32,000 nt of DNA from Nostoc punctiforme PCC 73102 (lineage in GTDB: Bacteria; Cyanobacteriota; Cyanobacteriia; Cyanobacteriales; Nostocaceae). Below, one piece after another: positions 16,247 through 25,039 of the stretch. The stretch lies in contig NC_010628.1 of NCBI RefSeq assembly GCF_000020025.1, positions 1,350,001 to 1,382,000 on the forward strand, given 5' to 3'. The position numbers were made by a program, and so were the translations under genes. Position 1 is the stretch's first letter. Each line of letters starts with the position of its first letter. The notes beneath the pieces were generated by a model that was given only the letters and a program-made list of their open reading frames with translations, was not told the origin of the DNA and did no database searches.

Positions 16247-17344
16247 TCACGCCAATGCTGATGCTTGGGGTTTGGCAAAAATCATTCTTCCTGCGGTGGT
16301 TTGCAAAGCACTGGTAACTACTACTCGCAGTTCACCACCAACATAACTGCTACCTTCTTCAACGACTACCATTGTGCCGTCATCTAGATAGCCAATACCT
16401 TGACTGGGTTCTTTGCCTTCCTTGAGAATTTTCAAATCCAAGTTATCACCAGGTAGATAACTGGGACGGACGGCGTTCACTAAATCATTCACATTCAAAA
16501 CAGGTACTTTTTGAACGCTGGCGACTTTAGACAAGTTGTAGTCGTTGGTTAGCAATGTACCGCTAATTTCTTGGGCAAAGCGCACCAACTTGGCATCGAC
16601 TGTGGGAATATCTTCGTAGTCAACTGTATTAATCAAAATGCGATCGGGATATTCTTCCTTAATGCGGTTGAGAATTTCTAGTCCTCGCCTTCCCCGTACC
16701 CGCTTTTGGTCTTTGCTAGCATCAGCTACTTGTTGGAGTTCTTGCAAGACAAACTGCGGTACGAGAATTTGTCCTTCTAGAAACCCTGTTTCTAATAGTG
16801 CTTCAATGCGACCATCAATAATACAGCTAGTATCTAAAACTTTCGTATTAGCTGGTTTTAGCGTTCCTTCTACAACCATCGATTCGACGGTGTTGGGATT
16901 AATGAACCGCAGCAAACCTCGTCCGTGGGTATCTGCCAAATTCATGCCAGTGACGGAGAGAATAATACTACCGACAACTGCCACAAGTGGCTTAATAAAT
17001 CCAAAGTCCGCCGGGATAGGTAGTAAGAATAATGGGGCTAGCATGAGGTTAGCTAGCAATAAGCCAATTACTAAGCCAATGGCACGAGTTAAAATCATTT
17101 CCAGAGGCATTTCTTTGACTTGCGATTCTAGGCGGCGATATGTCGTCTGGAAACTCAGTCCGATCGCACCACCAATAATAGCGGCAAAGACGGCAACAAC
17201 TAAGCGTAAAGCTTCAAGATTTGTTACCTGATCGAGAGTGCCATTGGGTAGTAGTTCAATGCTGTAGAACCCTATTCCCGAAGCTGCCAGGATAAATGAG
17301 AAAATGATAATTGCGTCAAGCATGGTTATGTTGTTTTCCTGCAA
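16247..17344 (-). CDS. PIN/TRAM domain-containing membrane protein (YacL-like)
   Basis: 365 aa. Four N-terminal hydrophobic segments are followed by a PIN-like core (KVLDTSCIIDGRI ... TNDYNLSKVA) and a TRAM-like C-terminus (GIGYLDDGTMVVVEEG). Confidence 0.85.
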   Translation of the reverse strand: MQENNITMLDAIIIFSFILAASGIGFYSIELLPNGTLDQVTNLEALRLVVAVFAAIIGGAIGLSFQTTYRRLESQVKEMPLEMILTRAIGLVIGLLLANLMLAPLFLLPIPADFGFIKPLVAVVGSIILSVTGMNLADTHGRGLLRFINPNTVESMVVEGTLKPANTKVLDTSCIIDGRIEALLETGFLEGQILVPQFVLQELQQVADASKDQKRVRGRRGLEILNRIKEEYPDRILINTVDYEDIPTVDAKLVRFAQEISGTLLTNDYNLSKVASVQKVPVLNVNDLVNAVRPSYLPGDNLDLKILKEGKEPSQGIGYLDDGTMVVVEEGSSYVGGELRVVVTSALQTTAGRMIFAKPQASALA

Positions 17345-17426
17345 CTGTGTTCACCGAGAAAGTTAAGTATTTTTTATTTCATCGGTAAGATAAACTGATC
17401 GATATTGACCCTTCGGCTCCGCTCAG

Positions 17427-17458
17427 AGTCAACAGTGAGCGAAGCCGAACTGTTGACT
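17427..17458. repeat. Small palindromic dispersed-repeat-like hairpin
   Basis: agtcaacagt-gagcgaagccga-actgttgact forms a perfect 10-bp stem. It lies in the divergent region between the PIN/TRAM gene and hemW, so it is not positioned as a terminator. Confidence 0.4.
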
Positions 17459-17622
17459 TACACTAAGGGTTTAGGCTGACAATATCTGCAATTATTATAA
17501 CTAAAGGCTTTTATCTTAATATTTTTCATTGTTTCTTTGTAAAACGACAAAAATTTGTAAATTAACTGCTCATTTTCATTGTCTTTAATTCGCAGTTGGC
17601 TTAACTTAAAACTTTTCTCAAA

Positions 17623-18804
17623 ATGATTCAAAAATTTAGTGTTTCTAGAATTGCGAGTTCTGCTTATGTGCATATTCCCTTTTGCAGACGGCGATGCTTT
17701 TATTGTGATTTCCCGGTGTCTGTTGTGGGCGATCGCTTGCGGGGCGAAACATCTGATACTATCTCCCAATATGTTGAGGTACTATGTAAAGAAATTGCCA
17801 TTACACCAGCCTTTGGTCAACCTCTAAAGACAATTTTCTTCGGTGGTGGTACTCCTTCGCTGCTATCAACAGAACAGCTACAACGAATAGTGGGAGAATT
17901 GGAGAAGCATTTTGGGATTGCATCTGGGGCAGAGATTTCTATGGAAATTGACCCAGGTACCTTTGATTTAGCACATATAGCAGGCTATCGCAGTGCAGGT
18001 GTGAACCGGGTAAGTTTGGGTGTACAAGCCTTTCAAGAAGAATTATTGCAAAGGGCGGGGCGATCGCACTCAGTTGAAGATATTTTCGCGGCTGTGGAGT
18101 TAATCCACCAAGTCGAGATTCCCGCATTTAGCTTAGACTTAATTTCTGGGTTGCCGCATCAGTCTTTGGATCAATGGCAGAATTCTCTAACTAAAGCGGT
18201 AGCACTTTTACCCACTCACATTTCCATATACGATCTTACCATCGAACCAGGTACAGCCTTTGGTCGTTACTACAAACCAGGTGATACACCTTTACCGACG
18301 GATGAAGCCACAGTCAAAATGTACCAGATGGGGCAGCAAGCTTTGACTGGTGCTGGTTATGAGCATTATGAGATTTCTAATTATGCTCAACCTAAGCATC
18401 AGTGTCGGCATAATCGCGTTTATTGGGAAAACCGCCCTTATTATGGCTTTGGCATGGGTGCGGCGAGTTATGTTGAGGGGAAACGCTTCACTCGTCCGCG
18501 TAAGACTAGGGAGTATTACCAGTGGGTACAAGCTGGCGGTGTAATTGATTGTGATGTTACCCCCCCAAAAGAAGTATTGTTAGAAACGTTAATGTTAGGG
18601 TTGCGTTTGGCGGAGGGTTTGAGTTTGGCGGCGTTGGTGGAGGCGTTTGGCGAAGAGAAGGTGGAGGAAATTTGCAGGTGTTTGCAAGGGTATTTTGATA
18701 AAGGTTGGGTGGAAGTTACAGAGGGAAGGTTGCGTTTGATTGATCCCCAAGGGTTTTTGTTTTCTAATGTGGTGTTGGCACAGTTGTTTGAGAAGTTGGG
18801 GTGA
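17623..18804 (+). CDS. hemW: Radical SAM family heme chaperone HemW (HemN-like)
   Basis: 393 aa with AYVHIPFCRRRCFYCDF (the CxxxCxxC radical SAM cluster), GGGTPS, and a HemN_C-like tail. Confidence 0.9.
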   Translation: MIQKFSVSRIASSAYVHIPFCRRRCFYCDFPVSVVGDRLRGETSDTISQYVEVLCKEIAITPAFGQPLKTIFFGGGTPSLLSTEQLQRIVGELEKHFGIASGAEISMEIDPGTFDLAHIAGYRSAGVNRVSLGVQAFQEELLQRAGRSHSVEDIFAAVELIHQVEIPAFSLDLISGLPHQSLDQWQNSLTKAVALLPTHISIYDLTIEPGTAFGRYYKPGDTPLPTDEATVKMYQMGQQALTGAGYEHYEISNYAQPKHQCRHNRVYWENRPYYGFGMGAASYVEGKRFTRPRKTREYYQWVQAGGVIDCDVTPPKEVLLETLMLGLRLAEGLSLAALVEAFGEEKVEEICRCLQGYFDKGWVEVTEGRLRLIDPQGFLFSNVVLAQLFEKLG

Positions 18805-18854
18805 CGAACCGCAGAGGCGCAGAGTCCGCAGAGAGACGAGGAGAGGGGAGGTTA

Positions 18855-19742
18855 ATGCAGAAAAATCAAGTTAGAAAAGCTGTAATTCCGGTAGCTGGTT
18901 TTGGGACTCGGTTGTTTCCAGCAACTAAGGTTGTGAAAAAAGAACTTTTCCCAATTATCGATCGAGATGGGAGGGCAAAACCTGTCATTCTCGCAATTAT
19001 TGAAGAGGCAATTAGTGCTGGAATTGCAGAAGTCGGGATTGTGGTACAGCCGGACGATCGAGAAATATTTGAAGATTTATTGAAAAACCCACCTAAAAAA
19101 GAACTTTTCAAGAAACTTTCACCGCAAAATCAAGAATATAGCCGATATCTCGAAGATTTAGGTAGCAAAATTACGTTTTTATTGCAAGAGGAACAATTAG
19201 GTTATGGTCATGCAGTATTTTGTGCCAAAGATTGGGTACAAGATGAGCCATTTTTGCTAATGTTGGGCGATCATGTTTATGCATCTGATATTCAAAAATC
19301 TTGTGCAAGTCAACTTTTAGATGTTTATGAACAAGTTAATCAAAGTGTCGTTAGCTTAACTACAACACCAGCAGAAATTCTTCATACAGCCGGGTGTGTA
19401 ACAGGAGTTTGGCAAGAGTTAAACTCGATTTTAGAAGTTACACAACTCTATGAAAAACCAACCATTGAATATGCACAACAACATTTGCATGTAGAGGGAA
19501 TGGCAGAAAACGAATTTTTATGTATATTTGGTTTGTATTTACTTAGTCCGAAAATTTTTGACTTTTTAGCAGAACACATAAACCAAAATTTACGAGAACG
19601 AGGCGAATTTCAGTTAACATCTTCTCTTGATAGATTGCGTCAGGAAGAGGGAATTACAGGATATGTTGTTAAAGGGAAGTGTTTTGATACAGGTTTGCCA
19701 GATACTTATCGTCAGACGATGATTGATTTTAGAAATTTTTAG
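18855..19742 (+). CDS. GalU-type UTP--glucose-1-phosphate uridylyltransferase / sugar-phosphate nucleotidyltransferase
   Basis: KAVIPVAGFGTRLFPATKVVKKELFPI, GYGHAV and YEKP motifs. The ATG at 18855 is preceded by ggggagg. The track start at 18801 is a GTG overlapping the hemW stop. Confidence 0.8.
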   Translation: MQKNQVRKAVIPVAGFGTRLFPATKVVKKELFPIIDRDGRAKPVILAIIEEAISAGIAEVGIVVQPDDREIFEDLLKNPPKKELFKKLSPQNQEYSRYLEDLGSKITFLLQEEQLGYGHAVFCAKDWVQDEPFLLMLGDHVYASDIQKSCASQLLDVYEQVNQSVVSLTTTPAEILHTAGCVTGVWQELNSILEVTQLYEKPTIEYAQQHLHVEGMAENEFLCIFGLYLLSPKIFDFLAEHINQNLRERGEFQLTSSLDRLRQEEGITGYVVKGKCFDTGLPDTYRQTMIDFRNF

Positions 19743-19829
19743 ATTAATCTTTGTTCAAAAAGCCGCTTGCTCTGAAAAAGGCATAATCTTTTTATTCTCC
19801 ACCAATAAATTTAGTTACTAGTAGCCATT

Positions 19830-19871
19830 AATTACGAATTACGAATTACGAATTACGAATTATGAATTATT
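19830..19871. repeat. Tandem heptamer array AATTACG x4 plus two degenerate units (STRR-like)
   Basis: aattacg aattacg aattacg aattacg aattatg aattatt. The fifth unit contains the ATG at 19862. Confidence 0.9.
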
Positions 19872-20983
19872 TTGCAACGGTTGCTCGCGGATTAGAAACT
19901 CTTGCGGCTCAGGAGTTAGAGCAACTGGGAGCCCATTCTGTGGAGCCAGGATTTTGCGGTGTCGCCTTTGAGGGCGATCGCACTCTGCTTTATCGCGTCA
20001 ACCTCTGGGCTAGGCTGCCGTTCCGAATCTTGGTGGATATCCATGAGTTTCCATGCCTTGATGCTAAGGATCTTTATCGCGGCATTCAGACTATCGATTG
20101 GCAAAACTATCTTACGCCAGACATGACGCTGGCGGTGAATGTCACGGGCAAAAACGCTCACCTCAACCACAGCCACTTCACATCTCTACAGGTCAAAAAT
20201 GCGATCGTCGATCAGCAGCAGGAAAAGCTGGGTGAGCGTTCAAATGTAGAACTTCATGAACCAGATGTGCGGGTTAATGTTCATATTGAGCGCGACTTTT
20301 GTACCGTCAAACTCGATAGTTCTGGAAATAGCCTACACCGCCGTGGCTATCGCCCTGCGGTTGGTTCAGCGCCTCTCAAGGAATCTCTGGCTGCTGCTCT
20401 GATTCAACTTTCGGGTTGGAAGCAAGACCAGATGTTCTACGATCCTCTCTGTGGATCTGGTACTTTACCTCTGGAAGCTAGCTTAAAAGCACTGAACATA
20501 GCACCAGGGCTGTTTCGTGAGTCCTTTGGATTTGAAAATTGGCTCGATTTTGATTTGGTCCTTTTAGAAAAGCTGCTTCAAGAAGCAAAGGACAGCCAAC
20601 TGGATACCCTTCCCGCACCTATTTGGGGAAGCGATCACGATGAAAATGTAATTGAGCAAGCGATTAACAATGCTCAAAATTGCGGCGTTGATAATCATGT
20701 ATGGTTTTCTCAAATGGAACTTGCTGATGTTGTTGCCCCCGCAGACAGTGGAATTTTATTGTGCAATCCACCTTATGGCGAACGTCTGGGGCGAGATAGT
20801 GATTTGGGGGCATTTTACAAACTTTTGGGCGATGTGCTGAAACAACGCTTCAAAGGCTGGACTGCATTTGTGCTAAGTGGCAACAAGGAACTGTCTCAAT
20901 CCATTGGGCTGAAATCATCCAAACGAATTGCTGTGTACAACGGAGCGTTGCCTTGTCAGTTAATGAAATATGAGTTGTATTAA
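19862..20983 (+). CDS. THUMP domain-containing class I SAM-dependent RNA methyltransferase (COG0116, RlmL/K-like)
   Basis: 373 aa. The N-terminus MNYFATVARGLETLAAQELEQLGA is typical of the family. It also has DPLCGSGTLPLEA (SAM binding) and the NPPYGERLG catalytic motif. Confidence 0.85.
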   Translation: MNYFATVARGLETLAAQELEQLGAHSVEPGFCGVAFEGDRTLLYRVNLWARLPFRILVDIHEFPCLDAKDLYRGIQTIDWQNYLTPDMTLAVNVTGKNAHLNHSHFTSLQVKNAIVDQQQEKLGERSNVELHEPDVRVNVHIERDFCTVKLDSSGNSLHRRGYRPAVGSAPLKESLAAALIQLSGWKQDQMFYDPLCGSGTLPLEASLKALNIAPGLFRESFGFENWLDFDLVLLEKLLQEAKDSQLDTLPAPIWGSDHDENVIEQAINNAQNCGVDNHVWFSQMELADVVAPADSGILLCNPPYGERLGRDSDLGAFYKLLGDVLKQRFKGWTAFVLSGNKELSQSIGLKSSKRIAVYNGALPCQLMKYELY

Positions 20984-21035
20984 GGGCGATTTGTAGTATG
21001 GTTTAGCGATCGCTCTCAACTACTTCTGTTAGATC

Positions 21036-21107
21036 CAAAGACGCGATAAATCGCCGTCTCTACAATAATCGGTCTTTTGTCTTGACGGCGATTCATCGCG
21101 TCTTTTG
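21036..21107. repeat. Imperfect 23-bp inverted repeat (small MITE-like hairpin element)
   Basis: caaagacgcgataaatcgccgtc (21036-21058) pairs with gacggcgattcatcgcgtcttttg (21084-21107), about 50 nt after the methyltransferase stop. Confidence 0.6.
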
Positions 21108-21283
21108 CCTTAACCGAACCACAACCTAAATCTGCTGTTGCATGGCATTGCCTATCTCCATAGACTCATCGGTGATATTTTTAACACTATTTAATAAAAT
21201 TAAATTTAGCCAAAAAAAGCTTTAAACTACCCCTGGGCATATACTATAGCAGTTAACATGACATCTTTTAAAAAAAGTGGCAG

Positions 21284-21289
21284 TATAAT
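21284..21289 (+). promoter_or_regulatory. Candidate -10 box (TATAAT) for the 88-aa ORF
   Basis: There is an exact TATAAT about 50 nt upstream of the ATG at 21340. TGACAT lies 19 nt upstream, which is a sub-optimal spacing. Confidence 0.3.
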
Positions 21290-21339
21290 CGGTGACTGAC
21301 AATCTGCAATTTATTTATCGCTAAAAGGCAGGGCCATTT

Positions 21340-21606
21340 ATGTCAGATCAATTCACTTTTACCGTTACCAATGATACCGAACAGGCAATTACAGAGTTGT
21401 GGGTATCTGTCGATGATGAAGATTGGGCTTCATTTACCTTGAGTGATTCAGGGATTCCATCAGGTGAAACAGTAACCATTGCATGGGCTGAATATACGAA
21501 TGATTCGCCCTGTGAATGGTATATCTCTGCTGTCTTTGAAGATGAATCAGAAACTGAGTCAGCCCTATTTAACTTCTGTGAAGAACCAGCTTTAACAATC
21601 GGATAA
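21340..21606 (+). CDS. Hypothetical small acidic protein
   Basis: 88-aa ORF, rich in D/E, with 2 Cys and no signal peptide. An aaggcaggg purine tract precedes the ATG. I recognise no family. Confidence 0.5.
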   Translation: MSDQFTFTVTNDTEQAITELWVSVDDEDWASFTLSDSGIPSGETVTIAWAEYTNDSPCEWYISAVFEDESETESALFNFCEEPALTIG

Positions 21607-21684
21607 ATTTCCCATTGCGATCGCATCCAGTACGATCTTGTTCTCAGTCGAAGGCTGGGAATGCCTAATCTGAGGGCTGCCGCC

Positions 21685-23304
21685 TCAAGACTTGCGATCG
21701 CAATTCCTCAAAATACTTAAAGCCACTGCTTCTGCCACCTTAATCCCATCGATACCAGCCGAGAGGATTCCCCCTGCATATCCTGCTCCCTCTCCAGCCG
21801 GATATAGACCGACTGTATTTAGACTCTGATAATCCTCTTTGCGTTTAATCCGAATCGGTGATGACGTGCGGGTTTCCACACCAGTCAATACGGCATCATC
21901 CATTGCAAATCCTTTAATTTGTTTGTCAAAAGCGGGAAGGGCTTCGCGGATGGCGGCGATCGCATAATCTGGTAAACTCTGGCTCAGATCGCATAAATGT
22001 ACTCCAGGTGTATAAGACGGTTTAACCGTGCCGAATGCTGTAGAGGAGCGATCTTTGAGAAAGTCTCCTACCAACTGCCCCGGAGCTTCATAAGTGCCAC
22101 CGCCCAATTTAAAAGCCTGTTCTTCTAAACGTCGTTGAAAGTCAATTCCCGCTAAAGCATTTCCCGGATAATCTTCGGGGGTGATGCCCACAACGATCGC
22201 ACTATTAGCATTACGCTCATTGCGAGAGTATTGGCTCATCCCATTGGTGACAAGTCGCCCCGGTTCTGATGCAGCTGCAACTACCAAGCCTCCCGGACAC
22301 ATACAAAAACTATAGACGGAACGACCATTTTGGCAGTGGTGAACCAGTTTATAATCGGCAGCACCTAAAAGCTTATGACCAGCTTGAGGCCCGAAACGAC
22401 ATTGGTCGATGAGAGTCTGGGGATGTTCCACCCGAAAGCCGATGGAAAAAGGTTTAGGCTCAATGTAAACTCCGCGCTCGTATAGCATTTGGAAAGTATC
22501 GCGGGCGCTGTGTCCCACTGCCAAAACCACATACTCGCTGGCGATATATTCCCCACTGGCAAGGGTGACTCCCCGCACTTGTCCATTTTCAATGTTGATA
22601 TCTTCCACCCGACTTTCAAAGCGAATTTCGCCACCGAGGGATTCGATTTTGGCACGCATACTTTGGACGATTCCCACCAGTTTGAAGGTGCCGATATGCG
22701 GTTTGTTGATATAAAGAATTTCCGGTGAGGCTCCGGCGTTGACGAGTTCGGTTAATACCTTGCGCCCATAATGCTGAGGATCTTTAACTTGACTGTAGAG
22801 TTTGCCATCGGAAAATGTACCCGCACCACCTTCGCCAAACTGGGCATTGGATTCGGGGTTGAAGTCTGATTTTTTCTTCCAAAAGCCAAAAGTATCAGCA
22901 GTGCGATCGCGAACTTTTTTCCCACGTTCTAAAATGATGGGACGGAACCCCATTTGCGCCAGCATCAAACCCGCAAATAAGCCACAAGGGCCAGTACCAA
23001 TGACTATGGGGCGAATCGCCAAATTGCTAGGTGCTTTTGCCACTGGGCGATAACTCATGTCTGGAGTGACCATTACATGAGGATCTTTTTTCAGGCGCTT
23101 GAGTAGATGAGTTTCCTGAGTCGTTTCTACATCCAGAATATAAACAAGAGCGATCTCTCCTTTCTTACGGGCATCATAGCTACGCTTGAAGATGGAATAA
23201 CCGATCAATTCTTCGTCCGTGATTTGCAGCTTTTTGAGGATGGCAGTCTTGATCTCATCTTCAGGATGATCGAGCGGGAGCTTTACTTCTGTTAGTCGTA
23301 ACAT
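21685..23304 (-). CDS. NAD(P)/FAD-dependent oxidoreductase (COG2509-type FAD-dependent protein)
   Basis: 539 aa with the dinucleotide-binding motif IVIGTGPCGLFAGLMLAQMG and a C-terminal LYPAGEGAGYAGGI motif typical of this family. Confidence 0.85.
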   Translation of the reverse strand: MLRLTEVKLPLDHPEDEIKTAILKKLQITDEELIGYSIFKRSYDARKKGEIALVYILDVETTQETHLLKRLKKDPHVMVTPDMSYRPVAKAPSNLAIRPIVIGTGPCGLFAGLMLAQMGFRPIILERGKKVRDRTADTFGFWKKKSDFNPESNAQFGEGGAGTFSDGKLYSQVKDPQHYGRKVLTELVNAGASPEILYINKPHIGTFKLVGIVQSMRAKIESLGGEIRFESRVEDINIENGQVRGVTLASGEYIASEYVVLAVGHSARDTFQMLYERGVYIEPKPFSIGFRVEHPQTLIDQCRFGPQAGHKLLGAADYKLVHHCQNGRSVYSFCMCPGGLVVAAASEPGRLVTNGMSQYSRNERNANSAIVVGITPEDYPGNALAGIDFQRRLEEQAFKLGGGTYEAPGQLVGDFLKDRSSTAFGTVKPSYTPGVHLCDLSQSLPDYAIAAIREALPAFDKQIKGFAMDDAVLTGVETRTSSPIRIKRKEDYQSLNTVGLYPAGEGAGYAGGILSAGIDGIKVAEAVALSILRNCDRKS

Positions 23305-23368
23305 GGCAAGGAGAAATTCATACTATCTATCAAAATTTTAATCAAAGTCACTGTGGTACGGCTGATGC

Positions 23369-24400
23369 TTAAACCAGACTGACAGCCGACTCTAACATTC
23401 GTATTATCCCAAGTTCAGCATCTATTTCCACTTCCACACCGATTGGCAAGGTAAATTTATCCTTAATATGACCAATCATTGAACCATACCAAGCAGGAAT
23501 ACCTAAAGGTAGTATGTGGTCTTGCAATACTTGGATTAATGTGAATGACGGTTCATCTCCAAGACTACATTTAGTGCATTGCCCAAAGATAAAGCCAGCA
23601 ATTTGGTTCAGTATTCCAGCAGTTTTTAACTGTGTCAGCATCCTATCTATACGATAAACATCCTCGCCAACTTCTTCCACAAACAAAATGCTTTTGTTCC
23701 AAGAAGGGAGGTAAGGTGAACCTACCATCGCTGATAGCACTGATAAGTTTCCACCGATGAGTTTACCTCTCGCCTTTCCTGGTGCTATTGTCTCCACCCG
23801 CACTTCGCTAGGGTTGAGATTTTGCATAGTCACTGCTTCACCATTAAATAAGATGCGTTTGAAGTAATCCACTGTAAATTGATTCCAAGTAGATGTGGCA
23901 ACTGGCCCATGAAAAGTAATCATTTGACTACGGGCATTAATTGCCAACAACAGCGTTGTAATATCGCTGTAACCAATGATAATTTTCGGATGGGAGCTGA
24001 TCAGTGAGTAGTTTAGTAGCGGTAAAATGCGATTACAGCCCCAACCGCCACGCATAGGGATAATTGCTTTGATGGTGCGATCGCTAAACATCAAGTTTAC
24101 ATCCTGGGCGCGATCGCTATCTTTACCCGCTAAATAGCCATAACGAGCTAAAATATGCTTCCCCAACTTGACTTTTAACCCTAATTGTGAAATTGATTGC
24201 TGCGCTGCTTCAATATCTTTAGCGTCAACAATACCCGCAGGGGCGATTAATCCTACAGTATCACCCACTTGTAGGCGTGACGGCTTGTGAATGATGTTTG
24301 GAGATGGCTTACCTTGGGCGGTAAATGATGATATTTGGGTGGCTAAGGTAGCTAGTCCACAGGTTGTAATAAATTGCCGACGCTTGATAAGCATAACCAT
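23369..24400 (-). CDS. LD-carboxypeptidase (peptidase S66, LdcA/MccF-like) with a Tat-type signal
   Basis: 343 aa. The N-terminus KRRQFITTCGLATLA resembles a twin-arginine motif. VGLIAPAG, GYSDITTLL (nucleophile Ser) and a C-terminal GHI are as in S66 peptidases. Confidence 0.85.
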   Translation of the reverse strand: MVMLIKRRQFITTCGLATLATQISSFTAQGKPSPNIIHKPSRLQVGDTVGLIAPAGIVDAKDIEAAQQSISQLGLKVKLGKHILARYGYLAGKDSDRAQDVNLMFSDRTIKAIIPMRGGWGCNRILPLLNYSLISSHPKIIIGYSDITTLLLAINARSQMITFHGPVATSTWNQFTVDYFKRILFNGEAVTMQNLNPSEVRVETIAPGKARGKLIGGNLSVLSAMVGSPYLPSWNKSILFVEEVGEDVYRIDRMLTQLKTAGILNQIAGFIFGQCTKCSLGDEPSFTLIQVLQDHILPLGIPAWYGSMIGHIKDKFTLPIGVEVEIDAELGIIRMLESAVSLV

Positions 24401-24470
24401 TTAATTGAGGATTAGGATAGTCACGAATTTTAATAGGTTATAGCAACGCCTGAATAATTCATAAAAAGTT

Positions 24471-24503
24471 AGATCCCCAAAAACTTTTACGAAGTCAGGG
24501 ATC
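24471..24503 (-). terminator. Hairpin downstream of the KGK gene
   Basis: agatccc...gggatct arms (7 bp plus partial inner pairing). On the minus strand they are followed by aacttttta. The hairpin starts 64 nt past the stop at 24567. Confidence 0.4.
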
Positions 24504-24566
24504 TGAACATCACTAATTTTTACAAATTAAATAGAATTGCGATATATAAATTATTATTGACTAATT

Positions 24567-24947
24567 TTAGTCATGAATCATGCGGCGAAGATCGTCAAGA
24601 GAGGATTCTGGTTCAATGATTTCTGAATTTTTGCTGTTAGTTATTTCTACATCTTCCTCTTCAATATAAAATTCAACGCTTATCTTAATTTTTACTTTGC
24701 CCTTTTTCCAGCTTTGAGAACCTAATGTTAAAATTTCACAATCTATACCCTTCTGAAACCAATTCATATTCGGAGAGTCTTTTATCTCTACTTCTTGTCT
24801 ACTTAATTCTTCATTCAATGTATCTTCCAGCTTGGAGTTAAATGAGGTATCCATTGCTTGCCTAAATTTAGCAATTTTATATGTCTTATCTCCGAAGTCC
24901 AAAACATCACCATCGTTACACTCTATTGCCTTGAATCCATCTTCCAT
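24567..24947 (-). CDS. KGK domain protein
   Basis: 126 aa. WFQKGIDCEILTLGSQSWKKGKVKIKISVEFYIEEE matches my recollection of the cyanobacterial KGK domain, and the C-terminal tail is acidic. It lies 92 bp downstream of the dynamin-like gene and in the same orientation. Confidence 0.75.
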   Translation of the reverse strand: MEDGFKAIECNDGDVLDFGDKTYKIAKFRQAMDTSFNSKLEDTLNEELSRQEVEIKDSPNMNWFQKGIDCEILTLGSQSWKKGKVKIKISVEFYIEEEDVEITNSKNSEIIEPESSLDDLRRMIHD

Positions 24948-24992
24948 ATCAACCTTACCTTTTAAAATTTTCTAATTTACACAAAGCTGCAA

Positions 24993-25018
24993 TTAGTGAG
25001 TGACTTAGCACTCACTAA
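24993..25018 (-). promoter_or_regulatory. Perfect 10-bp stem-loop in the dynamin-KGK intergenic spacer
   Basis: ttagtgagtg-acttag-cactcactaa. No U tract follows it on the transcribed strand. Confidence 0.35.
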
Positions 25019-25039
25019 AAGATAGAATTCTCTTTGAGA

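Noticed and set aside
16638-17231. 197-aa plus-strand ORF inside the PIN/TRAM gene, and similar antisense ORFs at 12396-12737, 28086-28562, 5460-5783, 17458-17769, 21348-21626 and 29925-30158
   Set aside because: All are embedded antisense to, or overlapping, genes with strong family signatures. They have Ser/Arg/Pro-rich or otherwise non-protein-like composition and lack RBS support.
19830-19871. Could the tandem repeats (here and at 461-574, 1796-1848) be a CRISPR array?
   Set aside because: The units are 7 nt with no spacers. There are no 25-40-nt repeats separated by unique spacers and no cas genes anywhere in the window.
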